Shown piece after piece: positions 1 to 13,740 of a stretch of DNA of 64,000 bases. A program made the translations under genes and the position numbers. Every line of letters starts with the position of its first letter. Position 1 is the first letter of the stretch. The stretch spans positions 18,688,001-18,752,000 of the forward strand of contig CP086569.2 in the NCBI GenBank assembly GCA_009914755.4. The letters are read 5' to 3'. This DNA comes from the human T2T-CHM13v2.0 reference genome, Homo sapiens. The notes beneath the pieces were generated by a model that searched no databases, was not told the DNA's origin, and saw nothing but the letters and a program-made list of their open reading frames with translations.

Positions 1-892
1 TATTTTAATAAACCAAGCCTTGAAGTTGCTTAACGTTATTCTATTTAAATTCTAAGAGAGGTATGGCTTTAAAAATCATAATGTGAGAAGAGAAATTTTG
101 AGTGCATTGTATGACTTCTAAATGTCCACCTCTGTCCAACAAAGTAAGTAGTAATGTTCAAATCTTACACGGAACTGAAACTCAGGGTGGGAAGTCATGT
201 AAGTAAATTAACAAATTATAACAAAATTTAGTTCATTTCAAGAGAAAACTGAGGGCTAAGAATACAATTAGCAACACATTCTCTACAGATCTTTAATTGG
301 AAAGTGTGAAATTATATTTGTTTATGTTTTTATCTGTATGAGTATATTTTCTAGTGCATTGAAGAAGTTTCTAGTTAAACTCACCACTTAAAAGGTCAGA
401 TCTTTATTTGTCTTGTGGGATCTATGTAGAAAGAAGAGTTTCCTTTATAAAAACACCTTTTTTGTTAATTTATTTACAGTTGCATTGACACAGTAAATGT
501 ATATAATCAAAAGATTTTTTTAAACAAACACATTTTTTAAAAAAACAGACAGATATAATGTCATTAAAATATGGACCTAAGGGGTCTGTAGTTAAAAATC
601 TGTATAGTCACTCAATTTGTTGTTAATATCAAAATTTAAAATACTCCTTCAAAAATGGCTGCATTGATAAATGAGTTGTTGTTAATATTAATTTGTCACT
701 TGATGGAAAGACAAGTGGACAGAATTATTTTCATACTACAAGCATTATTTTTTCTTCTTATCTCAGGTTGTGAGCACTTTTTGAGTGGGAATATCTGCTC
801 CCTGTTAGATCTCACCCACCAGAAAAACTTGTGGTACTCAAAAATACTGGTACTACTTGTCACATGAATTCTGTGATCCAACAGCCACATAT

Positions 893-1475
893 GTATATAT
901 ATTATATAATATATTATATATAATTATTCTTATATATTATATAATATATATTACATATAATTATTCTTATATATTATATTATATATTATATATAAAATAT
1001 AAAACATATAATATATATTATATAATATAAATTATATATTTTAATATTATTTATTATTTATTATTATTTTAATAATATATTAAAATTAATTATTTTAATA
1101 ACATATTATATATTTATTTTATATTATATTATATATTATATATTACATTATATTTAATATTTATTTTAATTATAAATAATATATATTTATATAATATAAT
1201 ATATATTATTTATATAATACATTATATATTATATATAATATATAATGTAAGAATATACATAATATAATAATATATAATATAAGAATATTATATATAATAT
1301 ATTGTATATAAATATTATATATTTATAATTTATAAATATATAACATTTATAATTTATATATAAATTTTATATAATATATATAAGAATAATTTTATATAAT
1401 ATATTATATATGAATTATATATAATTTATATAGTTTATATATTATATATATAATTTTTATATGTATATAGTTTCC
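893..1475. repeat. AT-rich low-complexity / (TA)n-like simple repeat block
   Basis: About 580 bp made almost only of A and T in short TATA/ATTATA motifs, read directly in the sequence. Confidence 0.9.
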
Positions 1476-1984
1476 ACCAGAAACAGTATTCCTGCAATTG
1501 AATGCATAGGTAAAAATATAGACTATGATTTTTCAAACATGAGAAGCAGAACAGTTAGGTAAATTCTAATTATTCATTATTATTACTTTGAAGATTCTGA
1601 TAGCAGCTACTGTTTTTCTCTCAGAAATTAGTGTACTTTAAAAGAATTATGCAGGAAGTTCTTCTTCATAATATGGCTGAAATCTCTGAGTTACTGTGAC
1701 TGACATATTTATGTTATCTGTTTCATAAGCTGTGCTTTTTTTAAAATTCTCTATGTATTTTTCTCAAATGAGAGCTTTTTCTGCTAAAGAAACAAATTTC
1801 TTTTTCAAATTACGTTATGTGAACTTGTAAAAAAAATTAGTTAAGAACTATCATCAAACTGCCTATGGAAAGTATTCATTTGAAAATAAAGTGGTAAAAA
1901 AGTTATATCATATTTGTAGGTCACCTATTTAGGATAAACCTCCAAATAAGAGAATATGGGATGCTTAAATTTTGGTAATGTTTA

Positions 1985-2032
1985 TACTCAAGCTCTTTAT
2001 TATTATTATTTTTTTTTTTTTACTTTTCTGTA
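1985..2032. repeat. (TTA)n followed by a poly-T run
   Basis: tattattattatt followed by a 13-T run. Confidence 0.8.
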
Positions 2033-5000
2033 TAGATATTGATAGAAACTAAATTTAAAAATTAGAATATTTTAACTGTAGTAAATGATTCTCCTAGAAT
2101 TTCTTCATTTTTTTTCCTTTCAGTGGGCAGAAATAGTTTGTCTTTCAGCTACTAGTTTCTCAGCACTTATCATTTATAGGATTACAAAACACACACTTTC
2201 TTTCTCTTTCCTAGATTCAGTAAATTATGTCATCCAAACATCGCGGTCACGGTAGCTTTACTTTTAGTAGAGTCTTCATATGGGATGTTCACCAATACTT
2301 GGTTAACAGCCACTATTGGAAGAAAAATTGTAATGTAAGTTCTGGTACTATAGCCCATATGACCCCTAGGGTGTTGAATTTAACACATATAGAGATGGTT
2401 AATCACACCAGTAAGAAGCAAATGAAACAGACAGAATATAAAATTGCAAATTAGGTATCTTACCTTTGTACTTGGTTGCTTGTGCTTTATGTTGTCTCGG
2501 CAATGTACTGAGGCATGTATATCTGCCTTGTTTCTTTTTCTGTGCAATCAGCTTCTCCAGGGCAGGAAGTGGGTATTCTTTCTTTCTTTGTCACAACCCT
2601 AAGACACGATTAAAAGCATACAGAAATGTCTTAGATACTTGTAAACAAACTGTATTTTGCTTTATGGCTACAACCATGTTTTGACTTTTGGAGCTTCTGT
2701 CTATGCTCCTCTTTCTTCCACAACTATGGTTAATAGGTATATTTATTGAGTGTTAATAATTCTGATTTAATCATGTAAATAATCTTATGTAATTCAGAAA
2801 ATGCATTATTCTCAAAAGAAGATACTGAAGCCTAGAAAGACTAAGTAACTTATTCCCCAAAATGTACTTATTTCCCCAAAGTTACTCATGGCAGAGGACT
2901 CACTTGTCTTTACTCCTGCCTACTTGACCAAACTTTACCATATTACATCCAGTGTATATTATTATTTTATTACTCTTTTATAATAACTTTTCTGTGAACT
3001 CAGTTATAATACCCCATGTTTGAAATAAGCAATAATCACAAAAATTAAAAAGAAATTAACTACTTTGAAAATTAGGAGTATAAACGGTATATCCTTTTAT
3101 TAAATAACTTTTGGTATTTGTTGTAACTTCTTTCTTCGTATTTATAAAGTTAAATTTGTGCATTGCTGATTTCTTTTGGTCTTTAATGTTGGTACCCAAC
3201 ATAATTTACTAGAATATTTTTATTAATTTGAAGACAAACCAAAGTTAAATAACACAGGAGATAGAAAAGAGTACAATATTCATGTCCTAAGACAGCTTCA
3301 AGACATCTTTGTTCATTTAGCTGTTTCCAAACTACAGTCCTATGTACTGAAGGAATTTTGGTAACAGTTAAGGTAAATTTTAAGCAAGTCATTATTTCAG
3401 TTTTATAAAAACCTCAATACATTAACTAAACATTACTCAGAAAAGGGCTTCATATAAGGGACATTATGTTAAGTGAAATTAGCCAGGAAATATAAAGGAC
3501 AAGGATTGCATGTTTTTATTCATACGTGAGAAATAACAAAGTTGATCTCATGGACGTAGAGAATAGAATGACGGATTATTATAGGCTGTGAAAGATATTG
3601 AGCGAACAAATAAGTAAGTTAGTTAATGGGTAAAAAATACAGTTAGAAGGAATGAGTCCTAAAGTTTGATTGTATAGGAGGGAGAATATAGGTATGAATA
3701 ATTTATTATGGATTTCAAAATAACTAGAAGTTTGGATGTGGAAAGCTGTTTAAACAATTATGTCATGTATGTCTGAAATTACTAATACAGAAATTACCAA
3801 TAGGGCATTTAAAAATTTGGTCATTACTCATTGTGTGCATGTATAAAAATAATAGTTCTACTTTGTAAATATGTAAAATTATAATTCATCAATTTGAAAA
3901 ACAATAAATTGTGGTCTATTTAAATAAGAAATTTCACTAAATCTGGCCATTTCTGAATGGTAAAATGCTCCTTCTGTCTACACATTGGGCTTTTGTGATC
4001 CAAATTCTGATTTAGAAGTACTTTCAACATGTTCTCGGGCAGACTGAGGCCATGGCAGAAAGCCCACACATGCCCCTCTTCATCATTAGCTGGAAATTGT
4101 GATCCAGGGCACTCCTGGATGCCATGAAACAACAGCTGCCATTGGAAAGATAATTACTAGCTTGTCTTGCCTTGGTGTTGAGACTGCTTCTTTGACTGAA
4201 GACCATAAAATAATTACAAAACTTGCAACACCTATAATGTGTTGGGGAAATTAAGGAAATAATCTAATGAGGAAGTGCTCAGAAGGCTTCCAAAATATCA
4301 TAAAAGATGGCTTTATAGAGTAAAATGTTACCAGGGAAGTACAAGGAGATGCTCATCCTGTTCAACAGCAAGTAGTCTGGTATTTTCTAGCATCAAGTTT
4401 GGAAACACCTCAGGAATTACCGGATCTCACTCTTACATGGGCAATGCCCTTTGAAGAGCTCCTGATTAACAACAACATGCCTGGTTGACGAATGGCAGTT
4501 TCAAGGTGGATGAACAATGTCTTCTTGGCAGACTTTCATAGAGACCAGAAATGAACGGACAAACCTAAGATGGAATGAGCAAATTAGCTCAATGATTAAA
4601 CTGCATGCTGTTTTTTTAAATGAAGCAATAAAAACATTAAATCATTATTTTATAAAGGCAAATATTTGAATTCATGGGTAGTAAATAGTCATTAATGTTC
4701 TGGTCATGTGATCAATAGAAAACTGGACTTTCAAGCAGATACCAGTATGTGACATATGGACTTTCCATGGGCTGAGTCACATCCTGACATCTGCTTAATA
4801 GTAATAATTTAAGGGGTCCATTAAAGAAGGACATGTTGATTTCCATTTGAAGAATCCTCTCCAGGATGATTGGGAGGTGATTAGAACCAGGACAACATGA
4901 TGCATTCACTTGAGGTGGCAAACTTGTAGAGATGCAGCAGTAATGCAGAGCTAGGATTAATCTACACATATTTCTCTTACACTCTCTAAGGAATAGAAAT

Positions 5001-5936
5001 TCCAAAATCTAAGTCTAGGCCAGAAGAGAAATGTAGACTGCAAATAACAATAGGCCAAATAGGAAGGGCCATAACATAGTTGGATTACAATGTACCAATA
5101 TCAGTAGCCCTGATGGTATATTTATAGGTCTTGACTAACGTAGACTGCATTTTGCATTCATAGTGGTCGATGCTACTGCTTATGTACTATAAAAAGATAA
5201 AAACATAGTATATTCTAACCAATTTGAACAAACAAATTGCTGTTCCTCAAGCTATGCAACACACTTCATATCCTATTGTTTCCAACAATGGGCATTGAGA
5301 TATTACATCAAATAAAAAATTACATGTATTATTTAAAATCAGAAGGCACTTATATCTTCAGTAAACCCTACATCTAACAACAAAAGCTTTAAAATAATAT
5401 AGAAATAAACTAGAAGACTTACTGCTTTCAAGGAAAATTGTCACTGGCTAGCAAAGCTGTCAGAAATCTTGGCGCAATGGTACTTCAAGGTACTGTGGAT
5501 TCTGATAATATGCACTTCACTGGGGTTAGATGAAACCAAATTTTAGAAGCATCACTTAATACATTCTACCACAAAAGTGCCCCAACACAAAAACATAATC
5601 TACTATGCTCCACACATTGTGACATATGAAAATTGTGCATATTGATTTTAATATTTTATAATTTCTATTAAAAATATGTCCAGATTCTTTATCTCAACAA
5701 GAAATTAAACTATCAAAGATTAAATGTGAAGAACGTTTTAGAATTAAAATATGCTTGTTTTTTACATTTTCCCGTTTTCTATTTTTTCTGGTGATAAAAA
5801 ATAAGGTTTCTGAGCAATACAGCTGCTATTCTGGGCAACTACTGTGATTTAGGTAATTCCATCCCTTGGCTACATGAACTTGATGAGAAGTCATGCTAAA
5901 TGTTACAGCACAAGACAAGCTTTAAATGATTAACCT

Positions 5937-6212
5937 GGCTGGGTGCAATGACTCACCACCTGTAATCTCAGCACTTTGAGAGACCAAGGTGGGTGGATTG
6001 TGAGTCCAGGAGATCTAGAACTATCTGACTAACACAGAGAAGCACTGTCTCTACCAGAAATACAAAATTAGCCAGATGCATGCCTGTAATCCCGGATACT
6101 TTGGAGGATGAGGCAGGAGAATCGGTTGACCTCAGGGGGTGGAAGTTGTAGTGAGCCAAGATCACAACCATTGCACTCCAGCCCAGGCAACAGGAGTGAA
6201 ACTCCATTAAAA
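5937..6212 (+). mobile_element. Alu SINE, full length
   Basis: Starts ggctgggtgcaatgactcaccacctgtaatctcagcactttgagagaccaagg; right arm ends ...tgcactccagcccaggcaacaggagtgaaactcc. Matches the Alu consensus in plus orientation. Confidence 0.9.
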
Positions 6213-6412
6213 GAACAAATGAAAGAAAAGAAGAAAGAGAGAAAGAAAGGAAAGAAAGGAAGAAAGGAAGGAAGGAAGGAAGGAAGGAAGGAAGGAAGGA
6301 AGAAGGAAGGAAGGAAGGAAGGAAGGAAGGAAGGAAGGAAGGAAGGAAAAGAAATGGAAAGGGAAGGGAAGAAAAGAGAAAAGAGGGAAGAAAAGAGAAA
6401 ACTGCATTACTC
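6213..6412 (+). repeat. (GAAA)n/(GGAA)n microsatellite grown from the Alu poly-A tail
   Basis: aaagaaaggaagaaaggaaggaaggaagg... directly 3' of the Alu at 5937. The ORFs at 5968-6477(-), 6108-6425(+) and 6207-6407(-) are translations of this repeat. Confidence 0.9.
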
Positions 6413-8409
6413 ACATTGTGGCTAATCTTCCCAAAATATTGTAACACAAATATTTGTTTTAACTTAGCATTGCTCATACATTGATTTTATTTACATTTTT
6501 GTTCAGTACTTTTTGTAGTAAATTTTGTATTAAAGCTGGTAAAATTGTTAAGTTTTACTGCCACTGGATTTTGAGAAAGACTAAATAAATTGCTTTATGC
6601 TTCTATTGAAATATTGCACATTTTTATGAACTAAGACAAGGTAGTACCTAATTACAAAGAAAATATCACAAGGGTAAAATAAAAGATGACCCCACTTAAA
6701 CTATTCTTCTTCTGATCGTCTTGCCAAAGCTGTCCTAGAATTTTTTTTTTAGTTTGCAGTCACAGCTGATACGTTACAAAATATGTAATAAAATAATAAT
6801 TGAAGACCATATAAGTAAATCATCAAAATGAGTTTTGAAAAATTATTATTATTATTATTTAACCTGTTGATACATAGAGCCTGTTGAATGAGGATATAAT
6901 GGAGTATCTTCTGTTGGAGAGGTCTTATGCCCATCTAAAGCATCGTGGTCAACTGGCTCCAAATTCTAAATATTTAAAAAGATTGAAAATTTGATTATAA
7001 AAGTAACTTTATACCTTATATTTTATTTTCTTCATTAGAATAAACTTTTAAGAAATACAAGAAAGCTGACATCTATAACATGTTTACACTTCCTCAAATG
7101 ATTTATAATTTAGGGAAAAAATCTGAATTATTTTAGCTACATAATTTTCAGGCCATTTCACACAAGTTGCTTCCAAAAGGAAACTACTTTTTAAGAACAA
7201 ACAAACCAATGCTAATCATTTCACAAAGTAAATATTTTTAAGGGCAATATTAATACATAAACATTGGCTTATGCATTTAAAAATTACCTCTGTTTTTCCC
7301 AGATTTATCTGCGGCCTTTTGGGGGCTTCCCCCAGCCACCTCATCTAGACAAAGTTCTCAAGCATTTGCGAGTGTCATCCTAGCACTATTTGATGTTTCT
7401 AAGAAATAACCATTTGATGTTGTATTGTTTTGTACTGGAGGACACCAATTTTTGTAGGCATATTGAATTGTTTCCAGTATGTGGTTTCCTTTCAATTTTC
7501 TATATCCACTAAATGACTCAATTTTATTTTCTCTCTCTTTTTTTTCCCATGTGAAAGCACAAACACAGTCCTTCACTTCCACCAATTATGCATTTGAGTG
7601 TCCCACATTTGGGGAAATCTCACGGGTCAGCACATCTAGAGTGCAACATATCGGCCTTTCCCTGGGAAAGCCACCTTCATGATCACGGTATCTCCCCTGG
7701 CAGGGAAGTATCCATTTTCTTTTTAAGACTTCCATTAGCCTTTGAAAGAAAATACAAATAGAAATGTAATAGAATTTAGAATAATTTTCAGTATCAGCTT
7801 AAAATGTTAATTTCAATCATCCATGATTATTCTCTTCTAAAAAAGTTCTTAATTCTGACACAGGCTTCTACAAAATTGTAAGAAAAAACACTACGGTAAA
7901 CAATGAAATAACTGCTAAACTACCACACATTTTATGCACTGATATGCTCATTTTTGATAGTGACTCTTAGAGCATTCTATTGTATCTAACAGCCATTCTC
8001 GGTCTTCTGGAATTTTATCGTGTGCACTATGAGCTTTAAAAATAAGCAGATGAAAATAATTGATAATATGTAGTAGTAGCTAATGTTTTACTGTCTAATA
8101 TGTGCCATTCAGAACAAGTTTTTGAGGTAATCTAATTAATATCAGAGTTAGTTTCCTTAGAGGGTAGCATTAGTAAATCCACAAATAAAAAATCAATTAC
8201 AGTTAGGTCAAATACTTTGCCAATTATTACAGATTTAGCCAGTTGAGGAGCTAGCTAGCAATCTGACCCAAACATCTGACCTCTTGGTGTATTGCCAATT
8301 TAAAATGTTTTGGCTAAATATACTATCCATGCATTACTACTAGCGAATTAAAAACTGTAATGCTATATTACTTTTCATGGTTCTATTTTTTGTTCTATAC
8401 TTAGGATTA

Positions 8410-8555
8410 TGCTCCATGGCCCAGGCTGGACTACAGTGACAAGATGATAGCTCATAACTCAATGAGGCCTCACATCCAGGGTTCAAGGAATACTCCTGCC
8501 TCAGCATTCTACCTAGTTGGGATTAGAGAAATGCACCACCATGTCCCACTCGCCT
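8410..8555 (-). mobile_element. Old, diverged partial Alu/FLAM-like SINE fragment
   Basis: gcccaggctggactacagtg...ctcctgcctcagcattctacctagttgggattagag...caccaccatgtccc resembles the antisense Alu consensus with many substitutions. Confidence 0.6.
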
Positions 8556-10024
8556 CATTACTTTTACTAAATATGAGTAGCATTTTATGACTACCTTTTT
8601 AAAGAAAAAACAAAACTTACTTGGTGTTCACTCATTTTTCAGAGACAACATTTTAGAATGTAAAGCAAGAATCTCATGATAATAAAACAGCAATATTAAT
8701 TGGCAGTACAAAATTGATTTCAATTCTGATAGTAAATGAACACACACGATGGGTAAAGCAATTTTCAATGGCAACAATAAAATTTTCCTGATTTGCTAAT
8801 GATCAGTCATTTTCTTTCAGAGCTGGCTAAATTGCAACATATTTACATTGCCAACTTTTTACTGTTCTTAGGAGTCAATATTAAAAATCACAAAAAAAGA
8901 CTTCTGTCTTTTTTGTCATTACCATGACAGATAAATAAAATAGTTTGTTTCTCTCTACCATGTATCTTACTTAATAAAATGATATTAGATTCCAAGTCAG
9001 AGGCCAGGTTTTTTTTCTTTTTGCCATAGGAACATTTATAATATAAATTTCTTTTGAAAAAGGTAATTTTTATAATCTAATTTCAGGTAAAGAATAACAT
9101 GGAGAGGCTTCTTGTAACACTTAAACAGTACACATTTCATTATCTTATTCTCTTAAAAATTATAATAAAGTAAAAATCATGTCATTTGCCACATTATTAA
9201 TAGCATCAAAAGTTTTCATGTGAAATTTGGATTAATATTGTATTTGCCTATATTGTTATCTGCTGCCTTGAACAGTGTTGATCTCAGTTGAACACTGCCT
9301 ATTGAATAGACTAAATGTTCATCAGAAAAAAAGATTCCAAGCTTATCTTAATAAGGAGAATAATAAATTTATACATGAAACCCACATTAATCCACATCAA
9401 CTATTTTCCACATTAACCCAACATGTATACCTTTACTGTAATCACCTCCTTGGATGAGATGAGGCTAAGATGTGATTTAGCCTTACTTTAGAGCAAATAC
9501 AAGAAGTTACATAGTAAACAATATATGACTACAAACAATTTTTTAAATGGTATAAATTAATTTCCATTGATAGGAACTCAATGTCATTCATACAACATTA
9601 ATTATCTGCTTGAAATCTATGATGGTGGACCAAAGAACAATTAGAAAATTTTAATTGCTAAAATCTAATATTTCAGTTGTTTAAATTTAAAATTATCTTA
9701 TGCCTTTAATTATTTTGTTCTACAGCTTCATAGTAACTTTATTTTATTATCAGGCTTTCATTGTGCTTATTATAATGTCTATTGAGTGAAAACGGTGTGT
9801 TTGTGTGTAGGTGTGTGTGTATAGAGTTTCCAGATATATAGTATGATTGTCTCTAGAATCCTATAACAATAACACTTTGAATCTCCTGGCAGAGTTGGGA
9901 AACTAATTTTGGTGCAATTCTTAGGCTTATTTTACTGCAGATGACACAACTAAGAATTCTAGAAGAATGCTCAAGATCTGTGTTTAGCATAAACATAGTT
10001 CTTTAAAATTATCATTTTTCTCAA

Positions 10025-10215
10025 AACCAGTCTGGCCACAATTGTGAAACCCCATCTCTTCTAAAAATACAAAAATTAGCCAGTCATGGTGTCAGGCACT
10101 TGTAATCCCAGCTACTCAGGAGGCTGATGCAGAGAATTGCTTGAACCCAGGAGGCAGAGGTTTCAGTGAGCCGAGATTCCGCTCCTGCACTCCTGCCTGG
10201 GTGAGAGTGAGAATT
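10025..10215 (+). mobile_element. Alu SINE, 5'-truncated (right half), CA-rich tail to about 10260
   Basis: gtgaaaccccatctcttctaaaaatacaaaaattagccag...aatcccagctactcaggaggctgatgcagagaattgcttgaacccaggaggcagaggtttcagtgagccgagat. Confidence 0.85.
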
Positions 10216-12554
10216 CCTCTTACACACACATGCACACACACCCACAAATAATAGTAATAATAAATAAAAAAGAAAAACTCTTCTCTTACATACTGATTAA
10301 ACTAACTACTTAGAGGCTACGGACTGCTTTTGGATAACTTAATGTTGTCTGCCATGATAACATCAACTTTTTAAAAAAAGTTTCCATTCTAGTACATTAC
10401 TTTCTATGACTGTTTTTCATTGTTACTTCTGTAGTAACACATGTATGCTTTTAGATGATTCCAAATTCTGGACATTTGTATCCATTGCAATTTTTTATTT
10501 GGTGTCCCGTATGTTTCTAAAAGGCAATCTGCTCAAACAGGTTCACTTTTTTCTATCAGTAAATTGCATTACTATTCTCTCAGCTTATCAAATCACACCC
10601 AGGACAGAGGTGTTAACATCTCTTTCCTACTCCACTTTCTCAAATATCCAGTTGGTAACCCCTGCCTATTCTAACTCATTAAGAGCTCATACATCTGTCC
10701 ACACATATGTTCTACATTGCCAGCTTTTCTAATGTAGAGCACCCACAGTCTTTTTCTACAGATAATTTTGAATACTTCCTTACTGTGGTATATTGTGAAA
10801 TTTTCTATGCTATAGCCAGTGAGATGTTACTAATATATGCCTTTTTTTATCCTCTGATGGTTTATCAAGTCACACTGAATATCTCACATAATTGCTAAAA
10901 AGCCAAGTTATGTCAATACTAAGTCTGTACCCACTGTCTACTTAAAAAAATCAACTTAACAAAGCAACCCTTTTCAACTGCAAGATGCTTTCTACTCTCC
11001 AAATCTAAGTCACATATGCCCTATAATAGGCAGAAGATCACCCTGTATTGTATTTTTTTTGTTGTTCATTATGATGTTTTGTATCCAACCTGGGCTGTTA
11101 TTCTGTACTGTGTTTTCAAAATCATAATTAAGACAGATTCAAAATACTTTATCTGAAATTCAAAAAGCTCAATTAAGCAAGACTTTTTAAAAATGAGATT
11201 GGTATGTAACTCAATTTCTGATGTAATAAAGCCTTAATTGAGGGAAGCTGTTTCAGTCTGCATTCATGTAACATTCAGGCTTAAAGGGAATATCCATTTC
11301 TCTTCATAGAAATATTAATATGTTTGATTCTTGAGTATTTTCGGGGGCCTTACAGGGAATGGTACACAAAATGATGCAAATGTGTTGACTCAGTTTTCTC
11401 AAACGCAAGAATTCCTAAAACCTAAAACACAGTGCCTAAATGCCTTAAGATGTATAAATATATACTGAACCTTGGCAATTAAAATTAAACTTAGGTTATA
11501 TCATAAACCAACCATGTGTCATGTATGAGCAACTAAAATCTCAAGTTAAATTGTGCAAAACAAAATTTTTGTGAATTCTTAGGTTTGATACTTTTACATT
11601 TAAAATAAATATGGTATTTATGTTTGTATAATATATGCTCCTACTCTACTAAAATTATCCCAACATCTCAGATGTAGTCAGGCTAGGCTGAGAAAAAGAA
11701 AGCACAGGGGTGGTCAGAGCAGGAAGAGTAAAGGGTAAAATTTATTTTCTCCCAAAGGTATATATTAATAATACAAATAACACTTTCATTACAGGAATGT
11801 GTGGCCATAGAACTTAGTTTTAGATAGTAAATTATTTGTGATTTTACCAAGTTCCTTAAAATGATCTGTTAATTGTCTGAGTCAATCATTCATATAAATG
11901 TGACTTCTAGCTCATCTTGCTGTTGAATGTTAGAGATAAGGCAGATGCATTCTAACCAACTCACACGTATACACAAAATCAACATGGACATGGAGAAGAG
12001 AATTAGTGTTTGTAGCAGTGTATTACTTACTAATAAAATTCAATGAATGGATATGGCTGTGTGATTAGTTGATGGGAGATGGGACAAATCCACTCATGGA
12101 GGAATATATTTTCTCAATAATGGCATCTTACATTTATAAACTGTAATGGTTTTCTGAAAATGTTTCTTTGATTTACATATGTAAATTAGAGAGCTAATAA
12201 AAGAGATGACCAAGACTTAAATTATAATTAAAATAAGAAACTTGACTACTATAGAATTTACACTTGGATTTTTTTTCCTGGAAAAATCAGATACTACTTT
12301 TTATATGTATATGAGTTTTATGCAATTAGCATTGTATTCTTGGTGAAACAAAATGATCTCCTAAAACAATAATGTTAGATATGAAAGATTAGAATCTATC
12401 ATATTTTCAATGCATTCTTATTTAATTTACTTCTTCATTCTTTTCAAAATGACTTCACCTTTTTTATTTTCATTCCACATATCATTAGAATTATTCTCAC
12501 TAGCAATTTCTCCATGATTTACACGCCATTAATGAACTTCTACCACCATATATC

Positions 12555-12850
12555 ATGTTTCACAGCCCCAGGAGGAGGGAGGGCCAACAGTGGCACAAGA
12601 GTTGCTTCTTACAGTCTGTCACACATCCTGCTAAATTTAAGCTCTCCACGAATAAAAAGCCTTTCCATAGCCAGAGTTCAGCTTTAAGAAAAAGGCTAAC
12701 TACTGAACTTGGAGAAAAGACAAATCTGCATTTGATAACTGATTTAACAAATATAATGTGTGTGTAGAGGATACAAAATTACAGTTCCACTACTGGGATA
12801 GTTACTATTTGTGTTACTTTCTTCACCCTTGTGGAAAGTCTACTAGTTGA
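12555..12850. repeat. Copy A of an unclassified interspersed or local repeat of about 290 bp
   Basis: Pairs with 13440-13740. Shared blocks include ...cttttccatag(cc/ag)agagttcag(c/t)tt(a/t)a(g/a)aaaaaggctaactg... and gcatttgataact..atacaaaattaca(g/a)ttcca. Identity is about 70-75% in the same orientation. Confidence 0.6.
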
Positions 12851-13439
12851 AGTTAAACCATTCCTTTTTCACACAAGACACAAGCTAACCTTATCACTCT
12901 CAGAGGAAATACTAAGAAGGGTTGTACTTTGTCAGAGGGTAAATCAAGACATCTTTATTATGCCATGTGTTTACTTAGTGTCTCCTCTATTACTGAACAT
13001 TGTTTAGTGATTTGCTCTCAAGGATTTTTGTGTTTGTTTCAAAAAAAATCCTTGCTACAATGATCAGACTTGATAAAGCAAATTGTGGTCTCTTGTGGAT
13101 GTTCACATTCTGTGCAGTCGGTAACTATCTGATTCTAAGGAAGCTAACCGAAGCTTGGACTGAATGTGGATGAGACCCGCCACTGGGGAGTGATGGAGGT
13201 ATGAAAAGACATGCTGGATGAGGGGAGGTGGCTCTCATATAGGGAGCAGAGTTTTGAAAACTTACATCAAAACATTTCTCTTCCTGGCCCCACCCAATAT
13301 TGCCATCTGGAAACATTTGATAAAAATCACAATAGAAAATGGCAGGAGAACAAAGCAGGTGGTGAGCGTGGCAGCAGGATCAGTCAGAAGCAGCTGCAGA
13401 GCCACCCTGGACAGAAGAACCATAGATGATGCCCCACAG

Positions 13440-13740
13440 TTTGAAGGAAGTGTGGTTCCCAGTGGTACAGATGTTGCTCCATACAGTCTTTCATATATCC
13501 AGCTAGATGCAAGCAAAGAATGGAAAACTTTTCCATAGAGAGAGTTCAGTTTATAAAAAAAAGGCTAACTGCAGAAGTTGAAGAATAGAAAAATGTGCAT
13601 TTGATAACTTATGTAACAATTACAATGTGCAGAGTAGAAGATACAAAATTACAATTCCATTACAATTAAATAAATATTTCTGTTAACTTTCATCCTTGGG
13701 GAAAGTTTCCTAGTTGAAGATAAAACATTCCTACTGTTTC
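13440..13740. repeat. Copy B of the about 290-bp repeat
   Basis: Same blocks as 12555-12850. Homology stops at both ends, so this is not a simple tandem duplication of the whole interval. Confidence 0.6.

Noticed and set aside
4020-4560. Moderately GC-balanced stretch with short ORFs on both strands that looked LTR/ERV-like
   Set aside because: I could not find convincing retroviral protein motifs or LTR termini by eye, so I left it unannotated.
5968-6477. ORFs of 169, 105 and 66 aa, on three frames and both strands, with FLPSFLPS / KEGRKEGRKE repeats
   Set aside because: They are pure translations of the (GGAA)n/(GAAA)n microsatellite that follows an Alu tail, not coding sequence.
10406-10898. 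108-aa and 63-aa plus-strand ORFs in unique sequence
   Set aside because: No homology recognised, no splice or initiation context, and low-complexity hydrophobic composition typical of chance ORFs in AT-rich DNA.
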